Source: an uncultured delta proteobacterium (lineage in GTDB: Bacteria > Desulfobacterota > Binatia > UBA9968). From it: a stretch of DNA of 64,000 nt. Location: NCBI GenBank assembly GCA_963745835.1, contig CAVUZH010000005.1, forward strand, positions 64,001 through 128,000, written 5' to 3'. The notes beneath the pieces were generated by a model. The model searched no databases, was not told where the DNA came from, and was given only the letters and a program-made list of their open reading frames with translations. The position numbers and the translations under genes are program-made. Positions 52,958 to 62,426 of the stretch are shown here, one piece after another; position 1 is the first letter of the stretch; each line of letters starts with the position of its first letter.

Positions 52958-54949
52958 ATGAAACGCAGTAATCCCAATGCTTCAGCGAGGGCGGATTCCG
53001 AACGGGAACCTGATTTGCGCAGCGATCGCCGTAAAGGAAATAAAAAAGCTACCGCGGCGCTGATCAAACGCGCGCGAAAATCTCCGCTGCCGGAGTTCGT
53101 AGCGCCGCAATTAGCGACGTTGGTAGATCGCGTGCCGCAGGGCGACGATTGGCTGCACGAGATAAAGTTCGACGGTTACCGAATCCTGTGCCGGATCAGC
53201 GATGGCAAGATTTGCTTGATCACGCGTAATCGACAGGACTGGACTGAACGGCTGAGTTTCCTAGCCCAGGCTGCGACGGAACTCCCGGTCGAACACGCGC
53301 TTCTCGACGGCGAGGTCGTGGCTCTCAACGAAAACGGCACCACTAACTTTCAGCTACTGCAAAATTCTCTTTCAACCCATGCCAGTGATAATTTAGCCTA
53401 TTACGTTTTCGATTTACTTCATCTGAATGGCAATGATCTGATGCCGTTGCCGTTGCTTACGCGCAAAGAAACCTTGGCGGAAATCGTGAAGGCGAAATCA
53501 GCTTCGTCCCCGATTCGCTATAGTGAGCACTGGCTGGGCCAGGGCGATCGGCTCTACGATGAAGCTTGCCGCTCCGGGCTCGAGGGGGTGATTTCTAAAA
53601 AAGCCCACGAACCTTATCGTTCCGGTCGCAGTCGCGATTGGCTCAAAACCAAATGTGTCCAAAATCAAGAGTTTGTCATTGGCGGTTTCACCGATCCCGC
53701 CGGATCACGCGCCGGGCTCGGCGCTCTTCTCGTTGGGGTTCACGACGAGCGCGGCCGTTTGGTTTTCGCCGGTAAGGTCGGCACCGGATTCAGCCGCCAA
53801 AGTCTCACCGAGCTGCGCAATCGACTAGATCCGCTGGTTTTGAAGGCACCGCCTTTCGTCAATCCACCTAGGGGCGCGGAGGCAAGAGGCGTTCACTGGG
53901 TCAAACCCGAACTTATCGGCGCCGTCTCATTTGCCGAATGGACTAGCGATAACATGCTACGCCATCCATCATTTCAAGGCTTGCGCGAAGACAAGCCGCC
54001 GGTAGCGATTACGCGCGAGCGCGTCTCGGGCACAAACAATTCCAATGCTTCCAAGCCTGACGAGACCGTAGAGATTGCCGGCGTAAAATTGACTCACGCC
54101 GACCGCATTCTCTACCCGGAGCAAGGCATCACCAAACGTGAGCTCGCTCTTCATTTCGAACAAATTGCCGCTTGGATTCTACCCCATGTGGCAGGCAGGC
54201 CGTTGACGCTTGTGCGCTGTCCCGAAGGCCAAAGTAAAGAGTGCTTCTACCAGCGACACGTCACCGATTCCGCCAGCGAGTGGATCCGTCCGGTTCCGAT
54301 CAAGGAAAGAGGCAAGCTGGTGAATTACGTGGCCGTTGATAATCTCCAGGGATTGATCGCGCTGGTGCAAATGGGAGTGCTGGAGCTGCATACCTGGGGC
54401 TGCACCACCGATCATATAGATCGACCCGATCGGCTGATCTTCGATCTGGATCCGGACCCGGAGATTGCTTGGGAGCCTCTCAAGCAGGCGGCGCAATCGT
54501 TGCGCGCCTATCTTGGCGACTTGGGATTGCCGAGCTTTCTCAAAACCACCGGCGGCAAGGGTCTTCACGTTGTCGTTCCGCTTGTCCCGAAGATCGACTG
54601 GGAGACTGCCAAAGAATTTTCCAAGCAGATTGCGCAGCGCATGGTGCATCGAGGGCCAGACCGTTACACCGCGACTATGTCGAAGGCCAAGCGACGGGGA
54701 AAAATCTACATTGACTATTTACGCAACGCCAAGACCGCCACAGCTGTCGCCGCCTATTCAACTCGGGCGCGCGTCGGCGCGCCGGTGTCGATGCCTTTGC
54801 GCTGGGAGGAGCTTGGCGCCGATATCCGCGGCGATCACTTCAATCTGCGCAACACACCCGAACGCTTGGCACGTCTTCGTAAAGATCCCTGGCACGAGTA
54901 CGAATCGGCACGCCGCGCGATTACACTGGCGCTGATCAAAAAACTGTGA
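52958..54949 (+). CDS. ligD: DNA ligase D (ligase + polymerase domains)
   Basis: EIKFDGYR, LDGEVV, EGVISK, WLKTK, LRHPSFQGLREDK; polymerase RPLTLVRCP, FDLDP, KTTGGKGLH, IDYLRN. Confidence 0.95.
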   Translation: MKRSNPNASARADSEREPDLRSDRRKGNKKATAALIKRARKSPLPEFVAPQLATLVDRVPQGDDWLHEIKFDGYRILCRISDGKICLITRNRQDWTERLSFLAQAATELPVEHALLDGEVVALNENGTTNFQLLQNSLSTHASDNLAYYVFDLLHLNGNDLMPLPLLTRKETLAEIVKAKSASSPIRYSEHWLGQGDRLYDEACRSGLEGVISKKAHEPYRSGRSRDWLKTKCVQNQEFVIGGFTDPAGSRAGLGALLVGVHDERGRLVFAGKVGTGFSRQSLTELRNRLDPLVLKAPPFVNPPRGAEARGVHWVKPELIGAVSFAEWTSDNMLRHPSFQGLREDKPPVAITRERVSGTNNSNASKPDETVEIAGVKLTHADRILYPEQGITKRELALHFEQIAAWILPHVAGRPLTLVRCPEGQSKECFYQRHVTDSASEWIRPVPIKERGKLVNYVAVDNLQGLIALVQMGVLELHTWGCTTDHIDRPDRLIFDLDPDPEIAWEPLKQAAQSLRAYLGDLGLPSFLKTTGGKGLHVVVPLVPKIDWETAKEFSKQIAQRMVHRGPDRYTATMSKAKRRGKIYIDYLRNAKTATAVAAYSTRARVGAPVSMPLRWEELGADIRGDHFNLRNTPERLARLRKDPWHEYESARRAITLALIKKL

Positions 54950-55006
54950 CCGGATAAATTGCCAACGGCTGGGCTGCGCTCGCAGCAAGAAGTGAAAGGA
55001 GGTCGT

Positions 55007-55732
55007 ATGAAAGACACTGTAATTTTTCTCGCCGGCGCCGCATTTGGAGCCGGTATGATGTATGCCCTCGATCCCGATGCTGGAAGGCGTCGCCGCGCTC
55101 TGACCCGCGATCAGTTAGTAAGGGCTCGGGTAAAGACGCGCGAAACCGCATCGGCTACAGCCCGGGATCTCCTCAATCGCAGCTACGGCATCATGACCGG
55201 AGCGCGCTCTCGCTTGTTTCAAGGCGAGGTTGACGATGAAGTACTCGAGCAAAGAGTTCGCTCCAAGTTTGGCTACGTCGTGCGCAATCCTTCGGCCATT
55301 CAAGCGCGAGTCGACTCCGGGCGTGTGACTTTAACTGGCGCGGTGCGCGCCGATGAAGTGGATCAATTGATCGCCGAAGTCTCCGCGGTGCGAGGCGTGA
55401 CCGCCGTGGAGAACCGTTTGGACGTACATCATGAAGCGGCCCATGTGCCGGAACTGCAAAGCGGCGATAAACCCAGGCCAAGCCGGCCGCGGCTTGACAT
55501 CTTTCAACGGCGCTGGTCGCCGGCGACGCGCCTGCTAATCGGCATCTCCGGCGCTGCGATCATATATGCCGTTGCTCGGCCGCATTTTCTCTGGAGCGCC
55601 TTATTATCGTTAGGGCTGGCGGGTTACGCCTCTGCGGGCGCCGATGCTGGGCGCGCCCTGTTGCCGCGCCGGCTCAAAGGAAAGCAGGTTAATGCGCTGT
55701 ATGACCCTTTGAGCACGAGCTGGAGTAGTTAA
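55007..55732 (+). CDS. BON domain protein
   Basis: GAGMMYALDPDAGRRRRA, DDEVLEQRVRSK, GRVTLTG, VRGVTAVENRL; AGGAGG RBS. Confidence 0.85.
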   Translation: MKDTVIFLAGAAFGAGMMYALDPDAGRRRRALTRDQLVRARVKTRETASATARDLLNRSYGIMTGARSRLFQGEVDDEVLEQRVRSKFGYVVRNPSAIQARVDSGRVTLTGAVRADEVDQLIAEVSAVRGVTAVENRLDVHHEAAHVPELQSGDKPRPSRPRLDIFQRRWSPATRLLIGISGAAIIYAVARPHFLWSALLSLGLAGYASAGADAGRALLPRRLKGKQVNALYDPLSTSWSS

Positions 55733-55851
55733 TCACCGGACGCCGGCCACGCTGGCCGAGCAACCTGCAGGCGGGTTTTAGCTGGTTCTGCAGCATTGTC
55801 AGCCTGGCTTTAGATTTCTTGACCCCGAAAAAATTCGAAAGGGACCGGGTT

Positions 55852-57597
55852 ATGACCACCGCAGCCGATGTTCTTATCGAAGCCATTCAAGATTGGGGAG
55901 TCGATGTCATTTTCGGTCTGCCCGGGGATGGCATCAACGGCATCATGGAGGCGTTGCGCAACCGGCAGGAGCAGATCCGCTTTATTCAGGCTCGTCACGA
56001 AGAAGCGGCGGCATTCATGGCTTGCGCTTATGCCAAATACACGGGCAAGCTCGGCGTCTGCTTGGCGACCTCGGGTCCCGGCGGCATCCATTTACTGAAC
56101 GGACTCTATGACGCCAAGCTTGACGGCCAACCAGTGCTAGCGATCACGGGGCATCACTATCATGATCTGATTGATACTCATGCGCAGCAGGACGTCGACC
56201 TCGATCGTGTCTTCATGGACGTCACGGTCTACAACACCCGAATCATGGGACCGGCGCATGTCGAACAGGTGACTCATCTGGCGTGCCGCACGGCGCTCAG
56301 TTATCGCGGCGTCGCGCACATCAACTTTCCGGTCGATCTGCAGGAGCAGAAGTTAAAGGAGCACTCAAAGCGCAATATTCCAGGGCACACGTCAAAAATA
56401 TTCTCGAGCAAAGCAGGGTTGCCCGAAGAGAAAGATCTGCGCGCCGCCGCTGAAATTCTCAACTCTGGAAAAAAAATCGCGATCATGGCGGGACAGGGCG
56501 CGCTGGCGGCAACCGACGAGCTGGAGGAACTGGCCGGCACGCTGGCGGCGCCGATTATCAAACCGCTCTTGGGCAAGGCGGCGGTTCCCGACGATAGCCC
56601 TTTTACCACCGGTGGCGTTGGCCTGCTCGGCACCAAACCGTCACAGGAGGCATTAGAGGAATGCGACACGTTGCTGATGATCGGCACGTCATTTCCGTAT
56701 ATCGAGTTCCTACCCAAGCCGGGGCAGGCGCGCGGGGTGCAGATCGACATCAATGCGGCGCGCATCGGGCTGCGTTATCCAATCGAAGTGGGGCTGGTCG
56801 GAGACAGTCGTCTCACCTTGAGACAGCTATTACCGATGCTCAAGCGCAACGAAGACCGGAGCTTTCTCAAGAAAGCCCAAGATGGAATGGTCGAGTGGTG
56901 GAAGCTGATGGAAGAGCGAGGCACCCGAACCGATAAGCCGATGAAACCGCAAGTAGTGGCCTGGGAGTTGGGCAAGAGATTAAAGTCCGATGCCATTGTC
57001 TCGGCGGATTCAGGAACTATCGCAACCTGGTTTGCGCGGCAGATTCGTGTCCGGCGCGGGCAGAAGTATTCGTTGTCGGGCACACTCGCGAGCATGGCCA
57101 ATGGCCTGCCATATACGATCGCCGCGCAAATCGCTTATCCCGAGCGACAGTGCGTTGGCTTTGTCGGCGATGGCGGCTTTTCCATGCTGATGGCCGAGTT
57201 CGCTACCTGCGTGAAGTATCGGTTGCCGGTCAAAATCATCGTGATCAAGAATAATACTTTGGGCATGATCAAGTGGGAGCAAATGGTCTTCTTGGGCAAT
57301 CCTGAATACGGTTGCGAGCTGCAGCCGATCGATTTTGCCGCGTTCGCGCGCGCCTGCGGCGGCACCGGTTTTACCATCGAAGAGCCGGCGTCATGCGGCG
57401 CTATTCTCGACCAAGCTCTGGCGGTTCCCGGGCCGGTGATTATCGACGCGGTGGTGGATCCTTTCGTGCCACCGATGCCGCCGAAAATCACTTTCGCTCA
57501 GGCCAGTCATTTTGCCGAATCCCTGGCGCGAGGCGAACCTAACCGATCGAAGATCGCATGGACTGTTCTTTCGGACAAAGTGCGAGAGCTGATTTGA
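55852..57597 (+). CDS. poxB: Thiamine pyrophosphate-dependent pyruvate oxidase/dehydrogenase (PoxB-like)
   Basis: FGLPGDGING, RHEEAAAFMA, TSGPGGIHLLNGLYDA, GDGGF..NN TPP motif. Confidence 0.88.
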   Translation: MTTAADVLIEAIQDWGVDVIFGLPGDGINGIMEALRNRQEQIRFIQARHEEAAAFMACAYAKYTGKLGVCLATSGPGGIHLLNGLYDAKLDGQPVLAITGHHYHDLIDTHAQQDVDLDRVFMDVTVYNTRIMGPAHVEQVTHLACRTALSYRGVAHINFPVDLQEQKLKEHSKRNIPGHTSKIFSSKAGLPEEKDLRAAAEILNSGKKIAIMAGQGALAATDELEELAGTLAAPIIKPLLGKAAVPDDSPFTTGGVGLLGTKPSQEALEECDTLLMIGTSFPYIEFLPKPGQARGVQIDINAARIGLRYPIEVGLVGDSRLTLRQLLPMLKRNEDRSFLKKAQDGMVEWWKLMEERGTRTDKPMKPQVVAWELGKRLKSDAIVSADSGTIATWFARQIRVRRGQKYSLSGTLASMANGLPYTIAAQIAYPERQCVGFVGDGGFSMLMAEFATCVKYRLPVKIIVIKNNTLGMIKWEQMVFLGNPEYGCELQPIDFAAFARACGGTGFTIEEPASCGAILDQALAVPGPVIIDAVVDPFVPPMPPKITFAQASHFAESLARGEPNRSKIAWTVLSDKVRELI

Positions 57598-57610
57598 AAG
57601 GGGGGAGCCA

Positions 57611-58345
57611 ATGCCGCAGATCATCGTAAGCCGCGACGAGCTGCAACAGCGAGTTAATGACGGGGCGCATCTCGTCGAAGTCTTGCCGGCCAAAGAATTT
57701 GCCCGGGCGCATCTGCCGCGGGCGATCAACATTCCTTTGGCAAAACTCAGCGAGAAGACAATTGCGAGCCTGGATAAGAAAAACGCCACGATCGTTCATT
57801 GCTATGATTACCAGTGAGACCTGGCTCCCAGAGCCGCGTCGCGGCTCGAGAGTTTTGGCTTCGAAAAAGTTTTTTACTATAAACCGGGAAAAGCCGATTG
57901 GTTGGCGCACGGATTGCCAGCGATCCGAGAGAATCGAGAGCCAAAAACTATCTGGGTCATGGACCATATGCAGCGCGAATTGCCGACATGCGGACTCGAC
58001 GAACCTGTTGGGCAGGCCGGCGCGCGAGCGGAGCAGCGCGGCTACTCTGTCTGCCCGGTGGTGAACGAAAACGGAATCGTTCTTGGCGTTATCGGTAAAC
58101 ACGATTGGGATACCGATCCGACCGCATCGGTGCAGCAGCTCATGGATTCCGCGCCGACAACTCTGCGTCCGAGCGATCCGCTGGAAAAGGCGCAACAGTT
58201 GCTCCAGAAAATCGATCACGGAGCTGTGCTCATCACCGACTCAGACGGAAAGCTGCTCGGGGCATTTCTCGGCGCCGCAAACAATGAAGAAGCCGGCCGC
58301 AAACAGCAGGGGCCGCAATCAGAGGTCCGGTCTCGACGAGGATAA
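57611..58345 (+). CDS. Rhodanese + CBS domain protein, probable selenoprotein (in-frame TGA 57815-57817)
   Basis: ORFs 57611-57817 and 57902-58345 share a frame; readthrough gives VHCYDYQ-U-DLAPRAASRLESFGFEKVFYYKPGKADW, completing the rhodanese fold; SECIS-like hairpin follows. Confidence 0.8.
57823..57854 (+). promoter_or_regulatory. Bacterial SECIS-like element
   Basis: Upper stem GAGCCGC/GCGGCUC with a G-initiated GUC loop 20 nt after UGA; lower stem GGCUC/GAGUU. Confidence 0.65.
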
Positions 58346-58490
58346 GAGCTCTCGTGACGCGCTGGGCTCCAAGGGGCATTTCGCCGGATTCATTTGTCGT
58401 TCCTGAACGTTTAACGATTTTGTGGCGCGGACCATCAAACATCAGTTCAGGTCGATTAGGCGCAGGCAAATTAAGCAAGGATGATTCTCA

Positions 58491-59357
58491 TTGAAGCGGC
58501 CGCGATCTGGATGGATTAATGGATTAGTCGTAATTGGCGAATTCTGTTTCTTGCTCTGGCTTGAGCGCCGCCGGCCGTTGCGCCGGCCCGTTGAACCGAA
58601 ACTCAGGCGCAGCGCAAGGAATCTTTCGGTTGCGGTGTTGAGCGGAGTTGCCCTGCAAGTCACTGAGCGGCCGCTTATCGCTGCGCTCGTTTCTACTGTC
58701 GAGCGCCGACGGTGGGGGTTACTCAAACTGTGGTCGATGCCGCGCTGGCTCGAAGCGCCGCTTGCGGTGGCGTTGATGGACTACACGCTTTATCTCTGGC
58801 ATGTACTCATGCATCGATCATTCTGGCTGTGGCGGCTGCATCTTCCTCATCACGTCGATCTCGATCTCGACGCTTCGACCGCGCTGCGCTTTCACTTCAG
58901 CGAGCTTGTGGTTTCGATCGCTTGGAGGGGTGGCCAGGTAGTGTTGATTGGGGTTTCTCCATCCGCCTATTCCGGTTGGCAGAAGCTGCTGATGTTTTCC
59001 ATCCTATTCCACCATTCCAATGTCGAGTTACCGATTGAGCTCGAGCGTTGGCTCAGCCGGATTATTGTCACGCCGCGTTTGCACGGTATCCATCATTCGA
59101 TTATTCGCGACGAGACCGACTCGAACTGGTCGAGCGGATTGACATTGTGGGACTGGTTACATGGCACCTTGAAGGTCAATGTGCCGCAGCAAGCAATCAC
59201 CATCGGCGTTCCTGCCTACCGACAAAGTCGGGACGTGAGTCTTCGGAAGATTATTCTGATGCCGTTCGTAAGCCAGCCGCCCAGCTGGCAACTGCCCGGA
59301 AATGGAGAGCCTCGACGAGAAGCTTTGCCGGCGCGCCGCAGCCAACTGATGGTATGA
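58491..59357 (+). CDS. Sterol desaturase / fatty acid hydroxylase family protein
   Basis: His boxes WHVLMH, HLPHH, FHHSN, HGIHH; TM segments. Confidence 0.87.
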   Translation: MKRPRSGWINGLVVIGEFCFLLWLERRRPLRRPVEPKLRRSARNLSVAVLSGVALQVTERPLIAALVSTVERRRWGLLKLWSMPRWLEAPLAVALMDYTLYLWHVLMHRSFWLWRLHLPHHVDLDLDASTALRFHFSELVVSIAWRGGQVVLIGVSPSAYSGWQKLLMFSILFHHSNVELPIELERWLSRIIVTPRLHGIHHSIIRDETDSNWSSGLTLWDWLHGTLKVNVPQQAITIGVPAYRQSRDVSLRKIILMPFVSQPPSWQLPGNGEPRREALPARRSQLMV

Positions 59358-59366
59358 GGAGATGAC

Positions 59367-59436
59367 GGAGTGATGGAGTACTGGAGCGATGGGTTACAAG
59401 AGCATCGAAGTCCAATACTCCAACACTCCAGTACTC
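59367..59436. repeat. Intergenic inverted array of 8-bp units (REP-like hairpin)
   Basis: GGAGTGAT-GGAGTACT-GGAGCGAT-GG ... CCAATACT-CCAACACT-CCAGTACT-C. Confidence 0.75.
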
Positions 59437-59462
59437 GAGCTGTCAAAAAAGGAAGGTGCGCT

Positions 59463-60004
59463 ATGAACCTGGAATTGAGCCGAAACGGAAAGCTAACTCC
59501 GCAGCAGCTACGTCAACAGCTCCAGGAAGGGGAGACTTCGGATTTGCGGCGGCGGCGCGGTGTTATTGGCTTGTCGCTGGTCGTATGGGATGTATGACGG
59601 CGGTGACTTTGTTGCAGACCGGCATCGTCAAGCACCTTCCCGATCCGCCGATGGGCAATTTCGATTCGGACCGAGTGAACTCGTCAGATACGGCTTATCG
59701 CCTTGGTGCTCCGGACGGCTCGATTTCGCTGGCGAGTCTAGCCGCAAATATTCCGATTGCGGCATTTGGCGGCGTCAATCGCGTGCAAACCAAACCTTGG
59801 GTTCCGCTGGGCGCAGCGCTGAAAGCGGCGGGTGAGGCGCTGGCAGCCGGTTGGTATTTCTATCAGATGCCGGCAAAGGAAAAGGCGTGGTGCGGCTACT
59901 GCATCGTGGGCGCCCTGGCAAACATTGGTATCGCGGTTCTAACCATACCGGAGGCTCGAAAAGCCATCGCTGTTTTGATGAGTGAAACTACAAAAGCGCA
60001 ATGA
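59463..60004 (+). CDS. Vitamin K epoxide reductase (VKOR) family protein, frameshift near 59583
   Basis: DLRRRRGVIGLSLV joins LLQTGIVKHLPDPP..FDSDRV..KAWCGYC (CxxC). Confidence 0.78.
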
Positions 60005-60044
60005 TCGGGTTAGGCGCCAAACGCGGTGAAACGACGGAGGAGAG

Positions 60045-60218
60045 ATGAAAAGACCTGTGGAGCCGGACCCAGTACGGCCTGAACGAAAAAACGTCGATGT
60101 CGAACGCCGAGCTGATAACAATGAGAGTGAAGAGCGCCCGCGCAGCCAAAACCGCGGCAGGCGTGGGTCCGGGATGGAGCGCGAGCCCTCGACGCGAAAA
60201 GATCGCGGCCGATCGTAA
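60045..60218 (+). CDS. Putative 57-aa highly hydrophilic protein
   Basis: GGAGGAG RBS; MKRPVEPDPVRPERKNVDVERRADNNESEERPRSQNRGRRGSGMEREPSTRKDRGRS. Confidence 0.5.
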   Translation: MKRPVEPDPVRPERKNVDVERRADNNESEERPRSQNRGRRGSGMEREPSTRKDRGRS

Positions 60219-60336
60219 CTGACATCGTACAAACGATTCATTCCGGATCGGCAACAACCGGGGGAGGCTTTCCCTTGCGAACGTCTTCAACACTAAAGTC
60301 ACGCACGTAAAAGCTGGCTCTTAGCTCGCCTAGAAA

Positions 60337-61080
60337 GTGTGTCCGTTGATCTCGATTATTATTCCCGCGCGCAATGATGCCGTTGCCTTGCAACGCACCC
60401 TCGATCATTTGCAGCAGTTGACCGGAATCGCTGGCGTAGAAATCCTCGTAGCCGCATCGGGTGACTTGAGATCAACCGAACGAGCGGTAGCGGGCCGCGC
60501 GCACTCGATTTGGCCGGCGCGGTCGAGCCGTTCGGCGCTGATGAACTCGGCCGCTAATATCGCAAGCGGCGATATCCTGTTTTTCCTCCATGCCGACTCT
60601 TGGCCGCCACGGGATGCCTTAGCGCGGATACACTCGCTGCTGCAAGATCCGAAAATTCTTGGCGGCGCGTTCGAGCACCGCTTTCTCGAAACGAGCTGGA
60701 GCCTGCGTGCGATCAGTTGGATCAACCGGCGGCGCTACTGGCTCACGCGCAACTACTATGGCGATCAGGGAATCTTCGTGCGCGCAAGCGTTTTTCGGAA
60801 TCTCGGCGGCTATCGCGATCTTGGCTTGATGGAGGATCTCGATCTGAGCCAGCGCTTGAAGCGGAGCGGCCGGACGGCGTTGATTCGCAGTCCGCTGGTG
60901 ACTTCCGGCCGTCGATTTGTTGATCGTGGTCCGTGGCGTACGTTCGCTTTTATCGTCTGGTTGCTTTTTCTTCATACGCTGCGGTTTGATACGCAACGAT
61001 ATGCGCGGCGTTGGCAAGGGCCGCCCGATGGGTTTCCCGGCAGCCGGTGGAGCCGAGTCAGGTGGAGAATCGGTATATGA
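60337..61080 (+). CDS. Glycosyltransferase family 2 (TIGR04283-like)
   Basis: ISIIIPARN, LFFLHADS, YGDQGIFV, LMEDLDL, TSGRRF. Confidence 0.85.
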   Translation: MCPLISIIIPARNDAVALQRTLDHLQQLTGIAGVEILVAASGDLRSTERAVAGRAHSIWPARSSRSALMNSAANIASGDILFFLHADSWPPRDALARIHSLLQDPKILGGAFEHRFLETSWSLRAISWINRRRYWLTRNYYGDQGIFVRASVFRNLGGYRDLGLMEDLDLSQRLKRSGRTALIRSPLVTSGRRFVDRGPWRTFAFIVWLLFLHTLRFDTQRYARRWQGPPDGFPGSRWSRVRWRIGI

Positions 61081-62219
61081 GAGCAGTGGGCGGTGAAGGT
61101 GCGATCTTGATCACCGGAAGCACCGGCTTTATCGGCCGGCATGTCACGCGCCGGCTGTACCAAGCTGGACGACGGGTGATTGCGCTCGGCCGCAGCCAAG
61201 GCGGTGTCCCTGGCACAAAACGATTGAAGAGTCTCTTGGCAATACCAGCCGGCGACAACGGCCTGGAAATGATCGAGAGCGATCTCACTCAGCCGGCCGC
61301 AGGCCTTGGGTTGTCTGAAATCGCGCGATTGCGCGCCAACGTGCAAACGGTCATTCATTGTGCCGGCGACACCAGTTTTTTTCCTAGAACAACAGCGGAC
61401 TCACGGACAATATTCATCGATGCTCCTTTGGCGTTGCTCCAAGCGCTCCTTGCGGGGCGCCTGGAACGCTGGTGCCAGATCTCCACAGCCTTTGTTTGTG
61501 GCCGGCGTGGCGGCGCCGTCTTCGAATCCGAAGGCGCGGTGGGGCAAAAGTTTCACAACCCCTATGAGGAGATCAAGCTCGAGTCCGAGATCGCGTTCAA
61601 AGAATTTTGCGCAAGACTCGGAATCGATCTGCGGATTCTAAGACCCAGTGTCGTCATTGGTCCGGAGTCCTCGACCCAAGGCGGAAGCCCGTCGAGTTTA
61701 CTGTATCAATTCATCCGTTTAGCAGCGGCGCTTTCGGGGTGCGACAAAGGAGCGCAACCTGCCGTGCGCATTCCGGGACGGCCGGCCGCTCATTTCAACA
61801 TCGTTCCGATAGAGTACGTGAGCGCAGCCATCGAGGTGTTGTGTGAGCAGCCCGCCGCCGCGGGCGGAACCTTTCACCTGGTTGTTTCACAGCCGCCAAC
61901 GCAAGAAGCGATGTTGCAGATGATCACTTCCCGGCTAGGTGCCAATGGATTGAGATTGATCGATGAACGCCGCGAACCGATGCTCGGTGCATCATCGCTG
62001 GAAAATAGAGTGGCGCGCATGCTCTCGCCGTACCGGGAATATCTCGAGCAGGATGTCAGCTTCGATGATAGCGCCGCGCGTTCCCTGCTGGGCCCCGCAG
62101 GGATCACTTGTTCAAGGCTCGATGAGAAAACGATCGATGATCTCGTCGCTATGGCTTTGTCTCAAATCTGCCAGCGCGTTCCCACCCGATCTCGCCGCCA
62201 AGCGCCTAGCCGCGCCTAA
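61077..62219 (+). CDS. Extended SDR oxidoreductase (thioester reductase / male-sterility-like)
   Basis: LITGSTGFIG, IHCAG, ISTAFVCG, YEEIK (YxxxK), RPSVVIG, NIVPIEYV; ATGA overlap with the GT2 gene. Confidence 0.82.
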   Translation: MRAVGGEGAILITGSTGFIGRHVTRRLYQAGRRVIALGRSQGGVPGTKRLKSLLAIPAGDNGLEMIESDLTQPAAGLGLSEIARLRANVQTVIHCAGDTSFFPRTTADSRTIFIDAPLALLQALLAGRLERWCQISTAFVCGRRGGAVFESEGAVGQKFHNPYEEIKLESEIAFKEFCARLGIDLRILRPSVVIGPESSTQGGSPSSLLYQFIRLAAALSGCDKGAQPAVRIPGRPAAHFNIVPIEYVSAAIEVLCEQPAAAGGTFHLVVSQPPTQEAMLQMITSRLGANGLRLIDERREPMLGASSLENRVARMLSPYREYLEQDVSFDDSAARSLLGPAGITCSRLDEKTIDDLVAMALSQICQRVPTRSRRQAPSRA

Positions 62220-62426
62220 TTGCAACGGCGTCTCTGTTGTGAACGTTTGGAGACCGAGTTGAAGTGGCTTAATGATTCTTCAGTTTTGCCTCCACAGGTG
62301 ACGTATTGTCACAGCCGCGCGGATTTCCTCCGAGGCTCAGATTCTAGAGAGCATTCTCAGCTCGGCAATGGAGTGCGATTAACGGATCAAACATTCAGCG
62401 CGAAATTTTTCTAATCTCGTTCCTGC

